Below the pieces are notes generated by a model. That model was given only the letters and a program-made list of their open reading frames with translations. It was not told the DNA's origin and ran no database searches. From Oceanispirochaeta sp. (GTDB taxonomy: Bacteria; Spirochaetota; Spirochaetia; DSM-2461), in contig CAXXXD010000001.1 in the NCBI GenBank assembly GCA_963663385.2, positions 288,001-352,000 on the forward strand: a stretch of DNA of 64,000 nucleotides, in the 5' to 3' direction. Below, piece by piece: positions 1 to 10,719 of the stretch; within the stretch, counting starts at the first letter, position 1, and each line of letters opens with the position of its first letter. The position numbers and the translations under genes are program-made.

Positions 1-1054
1 GTACGGATCCCATGGCAGCCTGGACGGTTGCCTTGGGCAGATAGGCAATTACGCAGAACAGACGCTCCTTTCTATTCAGAGAGCTGCCCCAGGTGGCAAT
101 CCACACCCCGAGAGAACGGAACAGCAATCCCCCCGTAATAATCAGTAAACCGACAAGCCCGGCCCTGAGAGCTACCCGGACATCAACGGAAATCCCGATC
201 AGCACAAAAAGAACGATCTCCGCAAAGACCCAGGCCTTGTTCAGTTTGGCCGCCAGCTCATGAGCGACCTCCTCCGACCGTTCCAGCAGGATGAAACCGG
301 TTGTCATTACCCCCAGCAGGGCGGCTGTATGAACCCAGTTTCCTATATCCACCAGAAGGATAGCCGTTCCCAGCAGGAGCAGGGATTTCTCTGTAGCACG
401 GATTTTCTCATGGTGCTTCCGGAAATACCATGTCAGAAACAGGCCGGCTCCGATTCCCGGCAGGATTCCTCCTGCGATGGAGACAGGAATTTTCAGAAGG
501 GCCGCTCCCGGATGAACCGCCTGCCCTCCTGCCAGCCCGAGAAAAATGGAAAACAGGGTTATGGCAAACACATCATCCAGTGACGCTCCGGCCAGAATAA
601 GAGTAGGCACATCCCGCTCGGCCCCCAGTCCGCGGTCTTTCATTTCCAGCATGGAAGGGACCACAACCGCAGGAGAAACGGCGGCCAGGAGAAAAGCGGT
701 AATCCCGGCGCTTACCCAGGGAAACCCCAGAACCAGGTGAAAAAGGAGCATAAGAGCGCCTCCTTCAAAAAGGCAGGGAACAAAAGCCATCAGCAGGGCG
801 ACCTTTCCCACTTTCTCGAGAGTGGACCGTCTGATGCCCAGACCGGCCCGCAGAAGAATAATGATAAGAGCCAGGGATTTCAGAAACGGACTGATCTCAT
901 CAAGAGATGATGGGATCAATCCTCCGGCAAACAGCCCTATTGAGACTCCCCAGAGAATCATCCCCAGAACGGAAGGCAAACCAATCCGGGCAAAAAGGCG
1001 ACCGGCCAGCCACCCGCCCACCAGGATCAGCACAATAAGAACATTCAAAGTCAC
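1..1054 (-). CDS. Cation:proton antiporter (NHA/CPA family), running off the left edge of the window
   Basis: Not in the ORF track; translated by hand. GTG at 1052-1054 overlaps the avtA stop (GTGA). The frame is hydrophobic (TLNVLIVLILVGGWLAGRLFARIGLPSVLGMI...) and reaches RKERLFCVIAYLPKATVQAAMGSV at the window edge, the PKATVQAA motif of this family. Confidence 0.85.
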   Translation of the reverse strand, partial: MTLNVLIVLILVGGWLAGRLFARIGLPSVLGMILWGVSIGLFAGGLIPSSLDEISPFLKSLALIIILLRAGLGIRRSTLEKVGKVALLMAFVPCLFEGGALMLLFHLVLGFPWVSAGITAFLLAAVSPAVVVPSMLEMKDRGLGAERDVPTLILAGASLDDVFAITLFSIFLGLAGGQAVHPGAALLKIPVSIAGGILPGIGAGLFLTWYFRKHHEKIRATEKSLLLLGTAILLVDIGNWVHTAALLGVMTTGFILLERSEEVAHELAAKLNKAWVFAEIVLFVLIGISVDVRVALRAGLVGLLIITGGLLFRSLGVWIATWGSSLNRKERLFCVIAYLPKATVQAAMGSV

Positions 1055-2304
1055 AGAACGGCCCTGCCGGCTTCTTCCGCAAGGATACGGATTCCCTCTT
1101 CCACCAGTTCATCTTCCTGAGCATAATTCAGTCTGATACACTGGGTACTGTGATCCCAGGGTTCATCCAGACCGAAAAAGAAATACTCTCCCGGTACAAC
1201 AATAACCTTCCTCGTCTTCAGCCGCTCATACAGTTCCCGGGAAGTGATACCGAGATTTTTAAACCAGATCCACAGAAAAATTGCCCCCTCGCTCTTATGG
1301 ATACGGAAGTCAACTTCGGGAGGCATATGAGTTTTTAAGAGCTCCACGGCTCTGTGCGATTTCCGTTTATAGAAGGGTTTGATAATAGTACGGCTTATAT
1401 CGAGGATTTCCCCGCTGCGGACCAGTGACTCTGTAATAACCTGCCCGATTGTACCATTGGCCAGACTGATAATGGCATTACAGGCGGAAACAGCCTGGAT
1501 GACTTCTTTATTCGCAATGATGATTCCGGTTCTGACAGAGGGCAGTCCCAGTTTCGAAAGACTCATACTGAGTATGATATTTTCATCCCATAAAGGATTA
1601 ACATCCTGAAAGATAATCCCCGGAAAGGGAGATCCATAGGCATTATCTATTATAAAAGGAACCCCCGCCTCTTCGGCCATATCAGCCAGCTGCCGGACTT
1701 CTTCATCGGTTAAAACATTTCCCGTCGGATTGGTAGGCCTGGAAACACAGACAGCCCCCACGTCATCACCTATTTTAATGCGGGAAAAATCCGCATGGTA
1801 TTTAAAAAAAGTCTCATCCTCTTCGTTTATGGCGGCCGGAACTGTTTTAAAGACCCCCTCTTCGATTGCCTGATCGGCGTAACCGATATACTCGGGACAG
1901 AGAGGGAACAGGATTTTCTTTTTCTGCCCATTCCCGTCAATACCGGAGAAAAGATTCAGAAGAATAAAAAAGGCATTCTGACTGCCGTTTGTAATGGCAA
2001 TATTCTCCGCACTGATCCCCCAGTTGAAATTCCGGTTGAACATCCCGGCCAGAGCTTCGAGGAACGAACTTTTTCCCTGGGGTGAGTCATAACTGGAGAG
2101 AGCCTGTTCCATCCGTCCTTCCTCTTGCATAAGAGAGTTAAGACAGCGGCGCCAGAGTCTGTTTATCTCCTCAATCCCTGCGGGATTTCCTCCGCCAAGC
2201 ATACAGACATGATCCGATCCGGCTACAGCTTTCCCAAGATCGTCCATCAGTTCCAATATTCCGGATTTTGATGTGAATTTTTCACCGAATGCAGACAATT
2301 TCAT
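1051..2304 (-). CDS. avtA: Valine--pyruvate transaminase (PLP class I/II aminotransferase)
   Basis: MKLSAFGEKFTSKSGILELMDDL N-terminus, LGGGNP, SRPTNPTGN, DNAYG and SLSKLGLP (PLP lysine). Start moved to ATG 2304. Confidence 0.9.
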   Translation of the reverse strand: MKLSAFGEKFTSKSGILELMDDLGKAVAGSDHVCMLGGGNPAGIEEINRLWRRCLNSLMQEEGRMEQALSSYDSPQGKSSFLEALAGMFNRNFNWGISAENIAITNGSQNAFFILLNLFSGIDGNGQKKKILFPLCPEYIGYADQAIEEGVFKTVPAAINEEDETFFKYHADFSRIKIGDDVGAVCVSRPTNPTGNVLTDEEVRQLADMAEEAGVPFIIDNAYGSPFPGIIFQDVNPLWDENIILSMSLSKLGLPSVRTGIIIANKEVIQAVSACNAIISLANGTIGQVITESLVRSGEILDISRTIIKPFYKRKSHRAVELLKTHMPPEVDFRIHKSEGAIFLWIWFKNLGITSRELYERLKTRKVIVVPGEYFFFGLDEPWDHSTQCIRLNYAQEDELVEEGIRILAEEAGRAVL

Positions 2305-2494
2305 AATCTTGATTATACAGTTATGGTATTTCTTGCCAATATACTTAAACAATACTCATCCTATTTTTTTATCGAAGAGCGCGCCGGGAGGATTCAATAT
2401 TATGAAATGAAGAATTCTTTTATTGTTTTTTCAGAAGAAATTAGGGATAATTGAGAAATTACTGACGGTTTCATTATAAAGGTCAATTAAATAA

Positions 2495-4687
2495 ATGTCT
2501 AAAACTGAAGAACCTATACAGACAGTAACGGCACCGCATCAGGAAGAAACGTCATCCAGAGTAAAAACAATGGATGTTCAGGGTTTTGTAGAACGTATGG
2601 GTGTCCCTGCCGATATCATTCTGAATAATGCCATAGATGCGGTCCTTCAGATAGAAGAAGACGGAACCATCCTGAGAGCGAACCCCATAGCCACTGTAAA
2701 CCTGAATTATCCCGAAGAGAAACTGCAGGAACTGAACATTTTTTCCCTTGTCCCCGCAGAGTACCATGAGTTTATCAAATCCCGTATGGCTGAACACATA
2801 CACAGGAATGAGAGGAATAACCTGGACAAGGAGGAGGACCTCTTTCTTATTCGCAGCCGTGTGGGAGGGGGAAAATTAAAGACATTTGAATCTGTCCTGC
2901 TCCCTTATACAAACGAAAAAGAGATAACATTTTTTCTGAACCTCTGGGAGCCGGAATCCAGTTCCCAGAAACTGGCAGACCAGCTGAAGGAAGTCCAGAA
3001 AAACTATGAGTCCCTCTCTGAGACAATATCCGAAGCAGTCATTATTATTGATGAGACATTCAAGATTATTTACGCCAATTCCGCCACTATCCGTGTATTC
3101 GGGTACGATAGAAAAGAGATAATAGGAAAATCATTCGAAGTCCTTTTTCCCGAAGAAGTATTTTACCGTTATGCCCCCGAGATCAGAAAGTATTTCTATG
3201 TTGATTTTCACGACAGGGAAGATGCCAATATCAAGGACCATATGGAACTGCTGGGACGCAATAAAAACCGGGGTGTGTCTCCCATTGAAATATCCTTCGG
3301 GAATTCCAGAGAATTTCATGAAAGAACTCTTACCTGTATAATCCGGGATGTCAGTCATAGAAAAAATGTGGAAAGGAAACTCCGTTATCTTGCCTATCAT
3401 GATAAACTGACAGAACTCGGGAACAGGGATCTGTTCAACTCGGATGTAGAGATCCTCTTTAAACAGTACCACCAGAACCCGGACAGCCTGGGAGCTATTT
3501 TCTTTCTGGATCTGGACGGATTCAAGCATGTAAACGATACCTTCGGTCATCAGGCGGGAGATGCTATTCTTATAGAGACAGCCCAGCGTCTGAGAAATAC
3601 CTTAAGAGAATCGGATCTGATCTATCGTTTTGGAGGGGATGAGTTTGTTGTACTCCTCACCAAAATTACCCAGCAAAAAGATGCGGAACTGGTAGCCAAA
3701 AAAATCCTGCGGGATATAGGAAGAACCTATATCATTGAAAAAGACGGGAAAACATTTAATGCGTCAATCGGTGTAAGTATAGGGATTGCCCTTATCCCCA
3801 TACACGGCGATAATAATGAAATAGTCACAAGAAATGCGGATCTTTCCATGTATAAGGCAAAGGAAAACGGAAAAAACCGCTACATTGTTTTTTCTGAGGA
3901 TCTTACCCTTTCGGCACAGAATAAATGGACGATTGAACAGGGGCTTAAAACAGCTCTTGTCAAGGAAGAGATGTTTCTGCTCTATCAGCCTATTCTGTCT
4001 GGCGAAAGAGAGACCTGCGGAGTGGAAGCCCTGATACGCTGGGAACACCCTGGTCGCGGCTTAATTTCGCCGGATGAGTTCATTCCCTCTGCCGAAAAGA
4101 ACGGCTCAATCATCCCCATAGGCCACTGGGTACTGGACAGGGCCTGCGTAGAAATACAGCAGCTGAACAAACAAACAGGGAAAGATCTCTTTGTTTCGGT
4201 TAATATAAGTACAAAGCAACTGAACCTGACAGACTTTCCTGATCTGATAGACGGTGTAATAAAGCGATCCGGGATGAATCCGAAACTGCTCAGACTGGAG
4301 ATTACGGAATCCTCCCTGATGCAGAATCCGGAACTGGCAACGGAAAATCTGAGGATTGTGAAAAAAATGTACCCGGATCTAACCTTTGTAATAGATGATT
4401 TCGGCAAAGGGTACTCCAGTTTGAGCTACCTGAGCCGTCTTCCTGTAGAATGTATTAAAATTGACCGCTCCTTTGTAAAGGATATTCCCGAAGAGAATAA
4501 TATGAAAGTTATCAACTCCATTATCAACCTGGCGTTGAGTTTGAACCTGGATATGGTGGCAGAGGGGATAGAAACCGAAGAACAACAGGAAAACCCGACA
4601 CTGAAGAAGTGTCACTATTTTCAGGGTTATCTCCACAGCAGGCCTGTTACAATTGAAGAACTCAGGGTTTTTATAAAAAAGAAATGA
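2495..4687 (+). CDS. PAS-PAS-GGDEF-EAL diguanylate cyclase/phosphodiesterase
   Basis: DLDGFKHVNDTFGH, RFGGDEF, VEALIRW and DDFGKGYSS are all intact; two N-terminal PAS-like segments. Confidence 0.93.
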   Translation: MSKTEEPIQTVTAPHQEETSSRVKTMDVQGFVERMGVPADIILNNAIDAVLQIEEDGTILRANPIATVNLNYPEEKLQELNIFSLVPAEYHEFIKSRMAEHIHRNERNNLDKEEDLFLIRSRVGGGKLKTFESVLLPYTNEKEITFFLNLWEPESSSQKLADQLKEVQKNYESLSETISEAVIIIDETFKIIYANSATIRVFGYDRKEIIGKSFEVLFPEEVFYRYAPEIRKYFYVDFHDREDANIKDHMELLGRNKNRGVSPIEISFGNSREFHERTLTCIIRDVSHRKNVERKLRYLAYHDKLTELGNRDLFNSDVEILFKQYHQNPDSLGAIFFLDLDGFKHVNDTFGHQAGDAILIETAQRLRNTLRESDLIYRFGGDEFVVLLTKITQQKDAELVAKKILRDIGRTYIIEKDGKTFNASIGVSIGIALIPIHGDNNEIVTRNADLSMYKAKENGKNRYIVFSEDLTLSAQNKWTIEQGLKTALVKEEMFLLYQPILSGERETCGVEALIRWEHPGRGLISPDEFIPSAEKNGSIIPIGHWVLDRACVEIQQLNKQTGKDLFVSVNISTKQLNLTDFPDLIDGVIKRSGMNPKLLRLEITESSLMQNPELATENLRIVKKMYPDLTFVIDDFGKGYSSLSYLSRLPVECIKIDRSFVKDIPEENNMKVINSIINLALSLNLDMVAEGIETEEQQENPTLKKCHYFQGYLHSRPVTIEELRVFIKKK

Positions 4688-4784
4688 ACGGGATGCAGTC
4701 CGCAACCTGTTATGCAGCTCACGGACAGAAAATATTTAACGACAATTATTTATCGCTACAGGCTCTGAAGATTGGATAAAACGA

Positions 4785-5489
4785 CTAATCCATGGGAAGA
4801 ACAATATAGTACATAAAAAGATAGTGCATCACCGCACCAGTCAGAACAAATACGTGCCAGATTTCATGAAATCCGAACTTACCCGGTACAGGATTTGGTT
4901 TTTCCAGATAGAATATCATGGCTCCTATTGTATAAACCACTCCACCGATAAAAATCAGAGCAAAACCAGCTTTTCCGATCAGCGGAACCGAACGTATAAT
5001 CAAAATGGCACCAACCCAGCCGATACCAATATAAAAAGTGTTGGAAACCCATCGAGGAAGCTCCGGATACAAGCATTTAATAGTAATCCCGATGAACGTC
5101 AGGGTCCACACTACTCCAAACAAGGTCCAGCCCCAACTGTTCCGCTGTACAACCAGCGACAGTGGTGTATAAGTTCCCGCAATCAGCAGAAAGATGGCAA
5201 TGTAATCAAACAACCGAAACAAATTGTTTAGTCGTCTGGAGAAGTTTACCCCATGGTGCAGGCTGCTGGCTACAAAAAGCAAGATAAGACTGACCCCATA
5301 AACAGCAAATGAGACAACATGCCAGACCTTCCCTTCTACCGCTGCGGAGACAATAAGTAACGCAGAACCGAACAGGGCAAAAAAACTTCCTAAAATGTGA
5401 GACGCGGTATTAATAATTTCGTCTGTTACGTGAGTACTACCATCTTTACTTAAAGCCGGGAGATCCCTGGTGTTATCTTTTCCGTCCAT
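4785..5489 (-). CDS. Hemolysin III / PAQR family membrane protein
   Basis: NTASH, SSLHH, DYIAIFLLIAGTYTP and HEIWHVFV motifs; about 7 hydrophobic segments. Confidence 0.9.
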   Translation of the reverse strand: MDGKDNTRDLPALSKDGSTHVTDEIINTASHILGSFFALFGSALLIVSAAVEGKVWHVVSFAVYGVSLILLFVASSLHHGVNFSRRLNNLFRLFDYIAIFLLIAGTYTPLSLVVQRNSWGWTLFGVVWTLTFIGITIKCLYPELPRWVSNTFYIGIGWVGAILIIRSVPLIGKAGFALIFIGGVVYTIGAMIFYLEKPNPVPGKFGFHEIWHVFVLTGAVMHYLFMYYIVLPMD

Positions 5490-5684
5490 GCCTGGATAGT
5501 ACCCAATCTTATTTTATTAAGCAACCGCGCAATCCTCTAAAGATTCATTAACCTTTTTTACTAATACAAAACAAACCATTAGATTTTCATAATATCGTGA
5601 TATACATTGGTTACCACTAAAAAACTGTCAAAATTCCCAGAAGCTTTACACTCCCGGGATAAGAATTCTTTACTCAGGGACTGA

Positions 5685-6848
5685 TCAGAGATAAGCCTCT
5701 GTCATAATCCTGATTGTATCTTCAAGACTTAGATCTTTCCGGTCCAGTTCAAATAACCCTCCCATGGTATATTTGGCATTCTCAGCCAACCTGGTAATTT
5801 CATCTTTTTTAATACCGTAATCAGACATTTTCAAACCAGCCACATCACAGGCTTTATGCATTTTCAGAAGAGCTGTAATGAAGTCTTCGGGAGAGTCTCC
5901 GGGTTCACCCATAACCCTGGCCATATCCATCATTCTGTCCGGGCACACATCAAGAAAAGCCCTGAAATAGGACTCGGAAAGCATTATTAATCCGGCGCCA
6001 TGAGGCAGAGACGGATGAAAAGCGCTCAAGGCATGTTCCATGGAATGTTCGGAAGTACAAGAGGAAGTCGATTCCACCATCCCCGAAAGAGTATTAGCCA
6101 GGGCGACCTGCGATCGGGCTTCCAGATTCTTCCCGTCTTTAACAGCGACAGGAAGGAACTGACTTAACAGGCCAATGCTTTTTAAAGCATAGGCATCGCT
6201 GACAGGGGTGGCAATATTGGCGATGTACCCTTCTGCAGCATGAAAAAAGGCATCGAATCCCTGAAAGGCTGTTAGATGGGGCGGAATAGATGTCATCAAT
6301 TCGGGATCCACAATGGAAAGAACAGGAAACGTATCATCATTTCCGAATCCGATTTTTTCCTGAAGATCCTCATGGGTTATTACCGTCCAGGGATCGGCCT
6401 CGGTGCCTGTACCGGCCGTAGTTGTTACAGCCACCACAGGCAGAACCGGTTCCGGTATGGCTTTTCCTTTCCCGCTGCCGCTTCCGATATAGTCCCAGTA
6501 ATCACCGGGGTTGTTTACCATAACAGCAATGCTCTTGGCAGAATCAATGCTGCTGCCGCCTCCCAGTCCCAGAATGAAATCACAGTTATTATCCCGGGCC
6601 ATGGCAGCTCCTTCCATCACATGTTTTTTTATGGGATTGGGAAGGATTTTATCAAAGACAGCTGATTCGGTTCCATTGTCTTTCAGCAACTTCCGGACCC
6701 TATCCAGATAACCGTATTTCCTCATGGAGGTTCCCGATGAAATGACGATCAGGGCTTTCTTTCCCGGAAGATCCGCCTTACCCAGTTCATTCAGAGAACC
6801 GGGACCGAAATAGACTCTGGTTGGAATATAGTAGGAAAAATTCTGCAT
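5685..6848 (-). CDS. Iron-containing alcohol dehydrogenase
   Basis: GLGGGSSIDSAK, TTAGTGTE, DAFFH, HSMEH and HGAG motifs. Confidence 0.93.
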   Translation of the reverse strand: MQNFSYYIPTRVYFGPGSLNELGKADLPGKKALIVISSGTSMRKYGYLDRVRKLLKDNGTESAVFDKILPNPIKKHVMEGAAMARDNNCDFILGLGGGSSIDSAKSIAVMVNNPGDYWDYIGSGSGKGKAIPEPVLPVVAVTTTAGTGTEADPWTVITHEDLQEKIGFGNDDTFPVLSIVDPELMTSIPPHLTAFQGFDAFFHAAEGYIANIATPVSDAYALKSIGLLSQFLPVAVKDGKNLEARSQVALANTLSGMVESTSSCTSEHSMEHALSAFHPSLPHGAGLIMLSESYFRAFLDVCPDRMMDMARVMGEPGDSPEDFITALLKMHKACDVAGLKMSDYGIKKDEITRLAENAKYTMGGLFELDRKDLSLEDTIRIMTEAYL

Positions 6849-6867
6849 ATGTATAACTCCTTCAATT

Positions 6868-8010
6868 TTACTGATTAATAAGTGCCTGATGAGCTTCCTT
6901 CAACATCCTGATTATTGGTATGGACTGGGGGCACTTCGGCTCGCACAGACCGCATTCCACACACTGGTCACCCCCGCTCTTATCCTGTCCGACAACAACT
7001 TCCCTATAGTTAAACCTGGTATGCTCCAGATACTCTTCATGTACAGAATCGTTGTAACTCTGAAAAACCTCCGGAATATTGACCCCCGAAGGACAGGGCA
7101 TACAGTAACCGCACCTGGTACAGCCTACCCTGTTCATCTTTTTATATTCATCCACGACCGAATCAATCAGCTCTTTTTCATCTTTTGTCATACAGCCCGG
7201 TTCGGCTTTGCTGAAAATTTCGATATTTTCCTTAAGCTGCTCCATGGTCGAAACACCGCTCAATACCGACGTAACCTCCGGCAGATCGATCAGCCACCGG
7301 AACGACCATTCCGCCCCTGATCTCTGTACAGGAAAAGCTTTATATAAAGCGCTAACGGCAGAAGGAAGTTTTTCAGCCAGAGCGCCACCCCTCAAAGGTT
7401 CCATCACGACAACGGGCAGACCTTTCTCTGCCGCATAGTACATGCCTTCCAGACCGGCCTGGTGTTTCACATCCAGAAAATTCAGCTGAATCTGAACAAT
7501 ATCCCAATCGTAGGAATCAACAATACGTTTAAAGTCCTCCAGTTTGCCATGAAAGGAAAAACCGGCATGTCGAATCCTGCCTTTTTTTTTCATATCGTCC
7601 AGATACTCAAGAGCCCCCATCTCCTGGCATTTCTTCCACCTCTCCCCATTCAGGGCGTGAAGAAACTGAACATCCAGATAGTCGGTTTTCAAACGGGCCA
7701 GCTCCTCATCCAGAAAACGTTCCAGATCCTCCCGGTTATTGGCATCCCAGACAGGATTCTTTCCAACGATAACGACGGATTCCCTGTCTATACCTTCCAG
7801 CGCTGTGCCGAGAGCCACTTCGCTGCCTTCATAAACATGGGCCGTATCGAAGTAATTGACCCCATGATCCAGGGCATAGCGGACCATCCGTGTCGTTTCA
7901 TCCTGGTCTATCTGCTCTTTGCCCATTACTCTGATCTTCGGGAACCGCATACAACCAAAACCGAAGCGGGAAACCCTGAGACCTGTCTGGCCATAGTCCA
8001 TATACTGCAT
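6868..8010 (-). CDS. Aldo/keto reductase with C-terminal 2x[4Fe-4S] ferredoxin domain
   Basis: GFGCMR, YFDTAHVY and MEPLRGG; C-terminal CTRCGYCMPCP and CVECGLCEPKCP. Confidence 0.92.
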   Translation of the reverse strand: MQYMDYGQTGLRVSRFGFGCMRFPKIRVMGKEQIDQDETTRMVRYALDHGVNYFDTAHVYEGSEVALGTALEGIDRESVVIVGKNPVWDANNREDLERFLDEELARLKTDYLDVQFLHALNGERWKKCQEMGALEYLDDMKKKGRIRHAGFSFHGKLEDFKRIVDSYDWDIVQIQLNFLDVKHQAGLEGMYYAAEKGLPVVVMEPLRGGALAEKLPSAVSALYKAFPVQRSGAEWSFRWLIDLPEVTSVLSGVSTMEQLKENIEIFSKAEPGCMTKDEKELIDSVVDEYKKMNRVGCTRCGYCMPCPSGVNIPEVFQSYNDSVHEEYLEHTRFNYREVVVGQDKSGGDQCVECGLCEPKCPQSIPIIRMLKEAHQALINQ

Positions 8011-8031
8011 TATGATCCTCCGTATTTTTTC

Positions 8032-8062
8032 ATACTAAAACCTGGAGCCGACTCCAGGTCAA
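8032..8062 (-). promoter_or_regulatory. MerR-type promoter with 19-bp spacer and operator dyad, driving akr-adh
   Basis: Minus strand reads TTGACC-N19-TAGTAT. A perfect inverted repeat ACCTGGAG-CCGA-CTCCAGGT sits at 8040-8059, across the spacer. Confidence 0.85.
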
Positions 8063-8106
8063 GCAATAACCTTGTTTTTTTCCCGTTCCCTCTCTACTAT
8101 TGTTAT

Positions 8107-8484
8107 ATGAATGAGATAATGATGCAAAATCAGGTTTTTTCCATGAAGGAGATTATAAGCAAAACCGGCTTAAGCAGTGATACCCTCCGTTACTACGAAA
8201 AGGATGGAATTCTTTCGGATATCCACCGCCTGCCCAATGGCCATCGCCAATACAGCAGGGATGATCTGGAGTGGCTTAAGTTTGTTCTCTGCCTGAGATC
8301 AACGGGAATGTCTCTTAAAAAAATCAGAAAGTACAAAGAGCTTATGGAGAAAGGGAGCTCTACCGTTAAGGAGAGGAGAGAACTCCTTCTCTGTCAGAAA
8401 GAGAGACTTTTAAAAGAGATGCATACCCTGCAGAATGCTCTTTCGGCGATTAACTACAAAATTACCTACTATGATTCTCTGTGA
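8107..8484 (+). CDS. MerR family transcriptional regulator (AdhR/NmlR-like)
   Basis: C-terminal part of ORF 7462..8484: TLRYYEKDGIL, GHRQYS, CLRSTGMSL. Start is 8107 or one of the next ATGs. Confidence 0.88.
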   Translation: MNEIMMQNQVFSMKEIISKTGLSSDTLRYYEKDGILSDIHRLPNGHRQYSRDDLEWLKFVLCLRSTGMSLKKIRKYKELMEKGSSTVKERRELLLCQKERLLKEMHTLQNALSAINYKITYYDSL

Positions 8485-8497
8485 ATAACCAGCGGAT

Positions 8498-9256
8498 TCA
8501 GGCAAATTCCTTTTCAAAATCCTTCTGCTGTGATGTCTGAATATAGGAATGGATCCGTTCTCTGGTTTTTTGCAGATCAGCACTGTTAAACAGAACAACA
8601 TAAAGAGCCTGGCCATCCACAACCCGTTGACCAAGAACAACCCCGTTTGTATTTACGAGAATCCCCTTCAATCTTAACTGAATATCTTTCAATACCTGGT
8701 TTCTAACCAGCTCGTTATCAGAATTCAGAAAAAAGGACATCCCTACGGAACTGATATCCTGAATGGTTCCGTTGATCTGAATTTCATTCAGTTTAAAATT
8801 CATGGAAGCTTCTTCAGTACACTGGTAGCGGATGTATTTTCTTCTCCCCTTGGCTTCATTTGCATGCAGGATTTTCAGCATCATTTCAGAAGCGGCCTGA
8901 ACACCCTGCTTCAGCATGATAAAACCGCAGCTGATTCCCAGTTCCATCATGTAATGCTGAACCCTTTGAGGTTCGATAATTTTAAATGAAAAGATCCCCA
9001 GACGGATTCCGGGTTTGTTAAACTGAAGATCCGCAATGAAATCCTCCCACTCATACTCATTCATTACGGCGTCTATATTCAGAAAGAAAAGGGTTTCCGG
9101 ATAACTGGAAGCGATCCACTTTATTTTCGTGTGATCCAGAAGAGTATAGACTTCATATTCCCGGCCTGTCAGAAACCCAAGCATATGCTTGCTGACCAGG
9201 TCGGGGGGGTGAACGAAAACAATCCTCTTGCCAATGATCTCTTTCTGCAGTTCCAT
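8498..9256 (-). CDS. PilZ domain-containing protein (putative c-di-GMP receptor)
   Basis: RRKYIR (RxxxR) and DISSVG (DxSxxG) motifs in the C-terminal half. Confidence 0.78.
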   Translation of the reverse strand: MELQKEIIGKRIVFVHPPDLVSKHMLGFLTGREYEVYTLLDHTKIKWIASSYPETLFFLNIDAVMNEYEWEDFIADLQFNKPGIRLGIFSFKIIEPQRVQHYMMELGISCGFIMLKQGVQAASEMMLKILHANEAKGRRKYIRYQCTEEASMNFKLNEIQINGTIQDISSVGMSFFLNSDNELVRNQVLKDIQLRLKGILVNTNGVVLGQRVVDGQALYVVLFNSADLQKTRERIHSYIQTSQQKDFEKEFA

Positions 9257-9360
9257 TTATCAGCTCTCTTATAGTCTGTCTGTCATACCTGTCCGGGTAT
9301 ATTGTAATTATAAGCAAATCAACCGGAATAGCCAATACGGACCGGGCTGTTTCCATGGCG

Positions 9361-10719
9361 CTACAGCTTATATTTGCTGATTTTATTGAAGAGAGTTTTT
9401 CTGGTAATCCCCAAAGCCTCCGCAGCGGATGTCCGGTTATATTTGCTTCTGACCAGAGCCTGTTCAATAAGCGACCGTTCATACCTTTCCAGAGCCGCAT
9501 TCATCTGATCCTGAAGGCTTCCGGCACCCGGTTCCGGCAGATTCAGAACCGGATCCTTTACGATTGATATCAGAAAAACGCTCAGATCAAGTTCTTCCCC
9601 GTCACTCAGAAGGACAGCCTGATTGAGCATATTCCTCAACTCCCGGATATTCCCCGGCCAGCTGTGCTGCCTCATAACGGCCAGACTGTCTTTTGATACA
9701 GCAGGAACCTTCTTCTTATACCTTTTGGCAAAAAACTGACAGAAGTAGGCGCACAGAGCCTCCAGATCATCCATCCGCTCTCTCAGAGGGGGTAGTTCAA
9801 GGCATATCACGTTCAGTCTGTAATAAAGGTCTTCCCGGAATTTCTTCTCACTGATAAGGAGATTGAGATCCTGGTTTGTGGCCGCTATTATACGGATGTC
9901 CGTTTTAATCAAGCTGGTCCCGCCCACCCTTTCAAAGGCGCCCTCTTCGATAACCCGCAGCAGCTTGGCCTGAGCTTCCAGAGACATGTCCCCGATTTCA
10001 TCCAGAAAGAGAGTTCCCCTGTCAGCCAGTTCGAATTTTCCCGGCTTTCTTTCTGACGCGCCTGTAAAGGCACCCTTTTCATGACCGAAAAGTTCACTGA
10101 GCAGAAGTGTTTCCGAAAGGGCCGCACAGTTGACCCCTACAAAGGGAGCTTCCCTGCGGTTCCCCGTGTCATGAATATACCGGCAGAGAACTTCCTTTCC
10201 CGTACCGCTTTCCCCGATAACGAGAACGGTGGCATCCGTATCCTTGACCCTATCCGCCGTATTCAGGATTTTCCGCATAACCGGCCCGCTATGGATAAAC
10301 TCCGCCTGATCCCTGAGACTGATCAGCTCTGTCCGCAGGAATTGATTTTCCGCCTTCAGCTTTTTCAGTTCCAGGCGGGATTCCACAGCCTGAAGCAGTT
10401 TTTCGTTATCCAGAGGTTTCAGCAGATAGTCCACAGCGCCGCACTGCATGGCTTCCACGGCACTGCGGATACTGCCGTAACCGGTGATCATAAAACAGAG
10501 GATTTCCGGATCCTCCTCCAGAATCCCGGACAGAAGTTCCAATCCGTCCCTGTCTCCAAGCCTGATATCCAGAAGAGCGATATCAATACTCTGCTCCTGC
10601 ACAAGACACAGGGCCTCATCAAAACCATCCGTTTCAAAAACAGTGTAGCCTTCCCGCTGAAAGAGGTGTTTTATTCCCTTACGTATCCCTTTTTCATCGT
10701 CTGCAATTAAAATATTCAT
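9361..10719 (-). CDS. Sigma54-dependent response regulator (NtrC family; REC-AAA+-Fis HTH)
   Basis: IADDE and LLDIRL receiver motifs, GESGTGKE, GAFTGA, FLDEIG, WPGNIREL and AAEALGITRKTL. Confidence 0.95.
   Translation of the reverse strand: MNILIADDEKGIRKGIKHLFQREGYTVFETDGFDEALCLVQEQSIDIALLDIRLGDRDGLELLSGILEEDPEILCFMITGYGSIRSAVEAMQCGAVDYLLKPLDNEKLLQAVESRLELKKLKAENQFLRTELISLRDQAEFIHSGPVMRKILNTADRVKDTDATVLVIGESGTGKEVLCRYIHDTGNRREAPFVGVNCAALSETLLLSELFGHEKGAFTGASERKPGKFELADRGTLFLDEIGDMSLEAQAKLLRVIEEGAFERVGGTSLIKTDIRIIAATNQDLNLLISEKKFREDLYYRLNVICLELPPLRERMDDLEALCAYFCQFFAKRYKKKVPAVSKDSLAVMRQHSWPGNIRELRNMLNQAVLLSDGEELDLSVFLISIVKDPVLNLPEPGAGSLQDQMNAALERYERSLIEQALVRSKYNRTSAAEALGITRKTLFNKISKYKL

Noticed and set aside
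260..1136. Plus-strand ORFs at the start of the window
   Set aside because: They are shadows of the minus-strand antiporter gene.
7462..8106. Long N-terminal extension of the MerR ORF (340 aa)
   Set aside because: It is antisense to the AKR gene and spans the promoter; MerR homology starts near 8107.
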